From: Octopus sinensis
Taxonomy: Eukaryota
Reading direction: 5' to 3'
Length of the DNA: 10,905 nucleotides
Assembly (NCBI RefSeq): GCF_006345805.1
Contig: NW_021827282.1
Location: 1 to 10,905 of the forward strand
Below are positions 10,117 through 10,905 of the stretch, piece after piece. The translations under genes were made by a program, and so were the position numbers. The notes beneath the pieces are model-generated. The model was given only the letters and a program-made list of their open reading frames with translations, did not search any database and had not been told where the DNA came from. How positions within the stretch are numbered: position 1 is the first letter of the stretch; every line of letters starts with the position of its first letter.

Positions 10117-10164
10117 AAAAACTGTCTGATGAACGGCAACGAGAAACTCAGAGTAACAGATTTT
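10117..10164 (+). ncRNA. Minimal type I hammerhead ribozyme motif (plus-strand copy)
   Basis: Stem I AAAA-A-CTGT (10117-10125) pairs with ACAG-A-TTTT (10156-10164). Core CTGATGA at 10126-10132. Stem II is A-CG-GCAA-CG-A (GNRA loop, A.A at the base). GAAA at 10143-10146. Stem III is ACTC/GAGT with a 1-nt loop. GUA triplet at 10153-10155, with predicted cleavage after 10155. Confidence 0.8.
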
Positions 10165-10191
10165 GTTGAATTTTCTGCTGCTTAAAATAAA

Positions 10192-10241
<50 letters not shown>
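10192..10241. repeat. (TA)n microsatellite
   Basis: Read directly. Abuts the right arm of the palindrome. Confidence 0.96.
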
Positions 10242-10244
<3 letters not shown>

Positions 10245-10905
10245 GTACTTAGGTGCATACATATACTCGTACATATACCTAGATAAACATGTCAACAGTC
10301 GCATATTCTGTGTTGGGCTGAGGATTCACTACTGAATCAAATGTTTGTAGATTTTTCCTGAAATCCAAAAATGTTGACTCAGTCTGTCTTGGAAATGTTC
10401 CACCAAACCTGCAACGTATTCTTCCGAGTATATAAATATCTTTCAATTTTTGTCCTTGATGAGTACATTTTAATTACTTACCTAATCAGTTCCCGACCAG
10501 TTTGTTATAGCATTTTGTCGTCATTTCGGTTTTCTACTTTCAATGCATTTCTTTTAGCTTTGTCGAATTTTTTTCTTTTTTTTTTTTTCTTTTCTTTTTT
10601 TCAAATATTCGTCTCATTTTTCCCATGTGATGTTCTTTTTATCCTATCTTTTCTTCAGATTTTAGAATACCGCTATCATGTTCTAGACTTAATATAATCG
10701 TATACTAGAAGAATATGGGAGTTGATAATACTTGAAAGGCATCTCGCGTTGACTTTAACTATTTGTGAAGTGAAATGAAGAGTAAAGCCGTAAGATGGTG
10801 AGATGTTTTTTTTCATATTTGATAAATTCTAGTGTCTGTGACTTTGGGGAAAATGTTGGTGTACTAAAATGAAAAGGTGAACTGGTGAGATTTGTACGTT
10901 AAAAC

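Larger units (their letters stand above)
9956..10191. mobile_element. Penelope-like element end fragment in inverted (palindromic) arrangement, between (TA)n tracts
   Basis: On the minus strand, 10109-9956 reads hammerhead, then AATAAA, then ~70 nt of tail, then (TA)n. On the plus strand, 10110-10191 is the inverted copy and ends at AATAAA. Minimal hammerheads and inverted pLTR arrangements are established PLE hallmarks. No PLE ORF is present, so the family assignment is inferred. Confidence 0.7.
10027..10191. repeat. 165-bp near-perfect palindrome with no spacer, centred on GAA|TTC (10109/10110)
   Basis: Base-by-base comparison of the arms shows only three differences: a 1-nt indel near 10048/10170, T7 (10096-10102) versus A5 (10117-10121), and one G/G mismatch (10104/10115). 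Confidence 0.98.

Noticed and set aside
10290-10440. Minus-strand peptide pieces EEYVAGLVEHFQDRL and FLDFRKN, reminiscent of a hAT transposase C-terminus or an RT FLDFxKAFD motif
   Set aside because: Too short and needs a frameshift; no second supporting motif or terminal repeat found.
10371-10697. 108-aa hydrophobic plus-strand ORF
   Set aside because: The Phe/Leu/Ser richness comes from a T-rich low-complexity tract, and no domain is recognisable.

Overview
AT-rich, microsatellite-dense animal DNA, most likely Octopus or another coleoid cephalopod. That assignment is inferred from the SINE family and repeat landscape as I recall them, not from a search. I recognise no intact host gene, and the supplied ORFs are microsatellite translations, antisense or shifted frames of decayed elements, or unrecognisable. 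The window is a stack of decayed mobile elements: two R4/Dong-type non-LTR retrotransposon remnants (~1-410 and ~7200-7660), two RTE-clade LINE remnants (~600-2250 and ~7714-8513), an internally deleted irritans-type mariner (2526-3261, minus), two copies of one tRNA-derived SINE (3296-3513 and 4181-4414, minus) and two Penelope-like element (PLE) end fragments. The best signal is a 165-bp near-perfect, spacer-less palindrome (10027-10191) between two (TA)n tracts. Each arm encodes a complete minimal type I hammerhead ribozyme fold about 30 nt upstream of AATAAA, so a transcript from either strand carries one ribozyme preceded by its own antisense mask. A second, degenerate hammerhead-like motif from a different family lies at 2281-2316. 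Three separate perfect 12-bp-arm hairpins and a CTCF-consensus motif inside the mariner also stand out.
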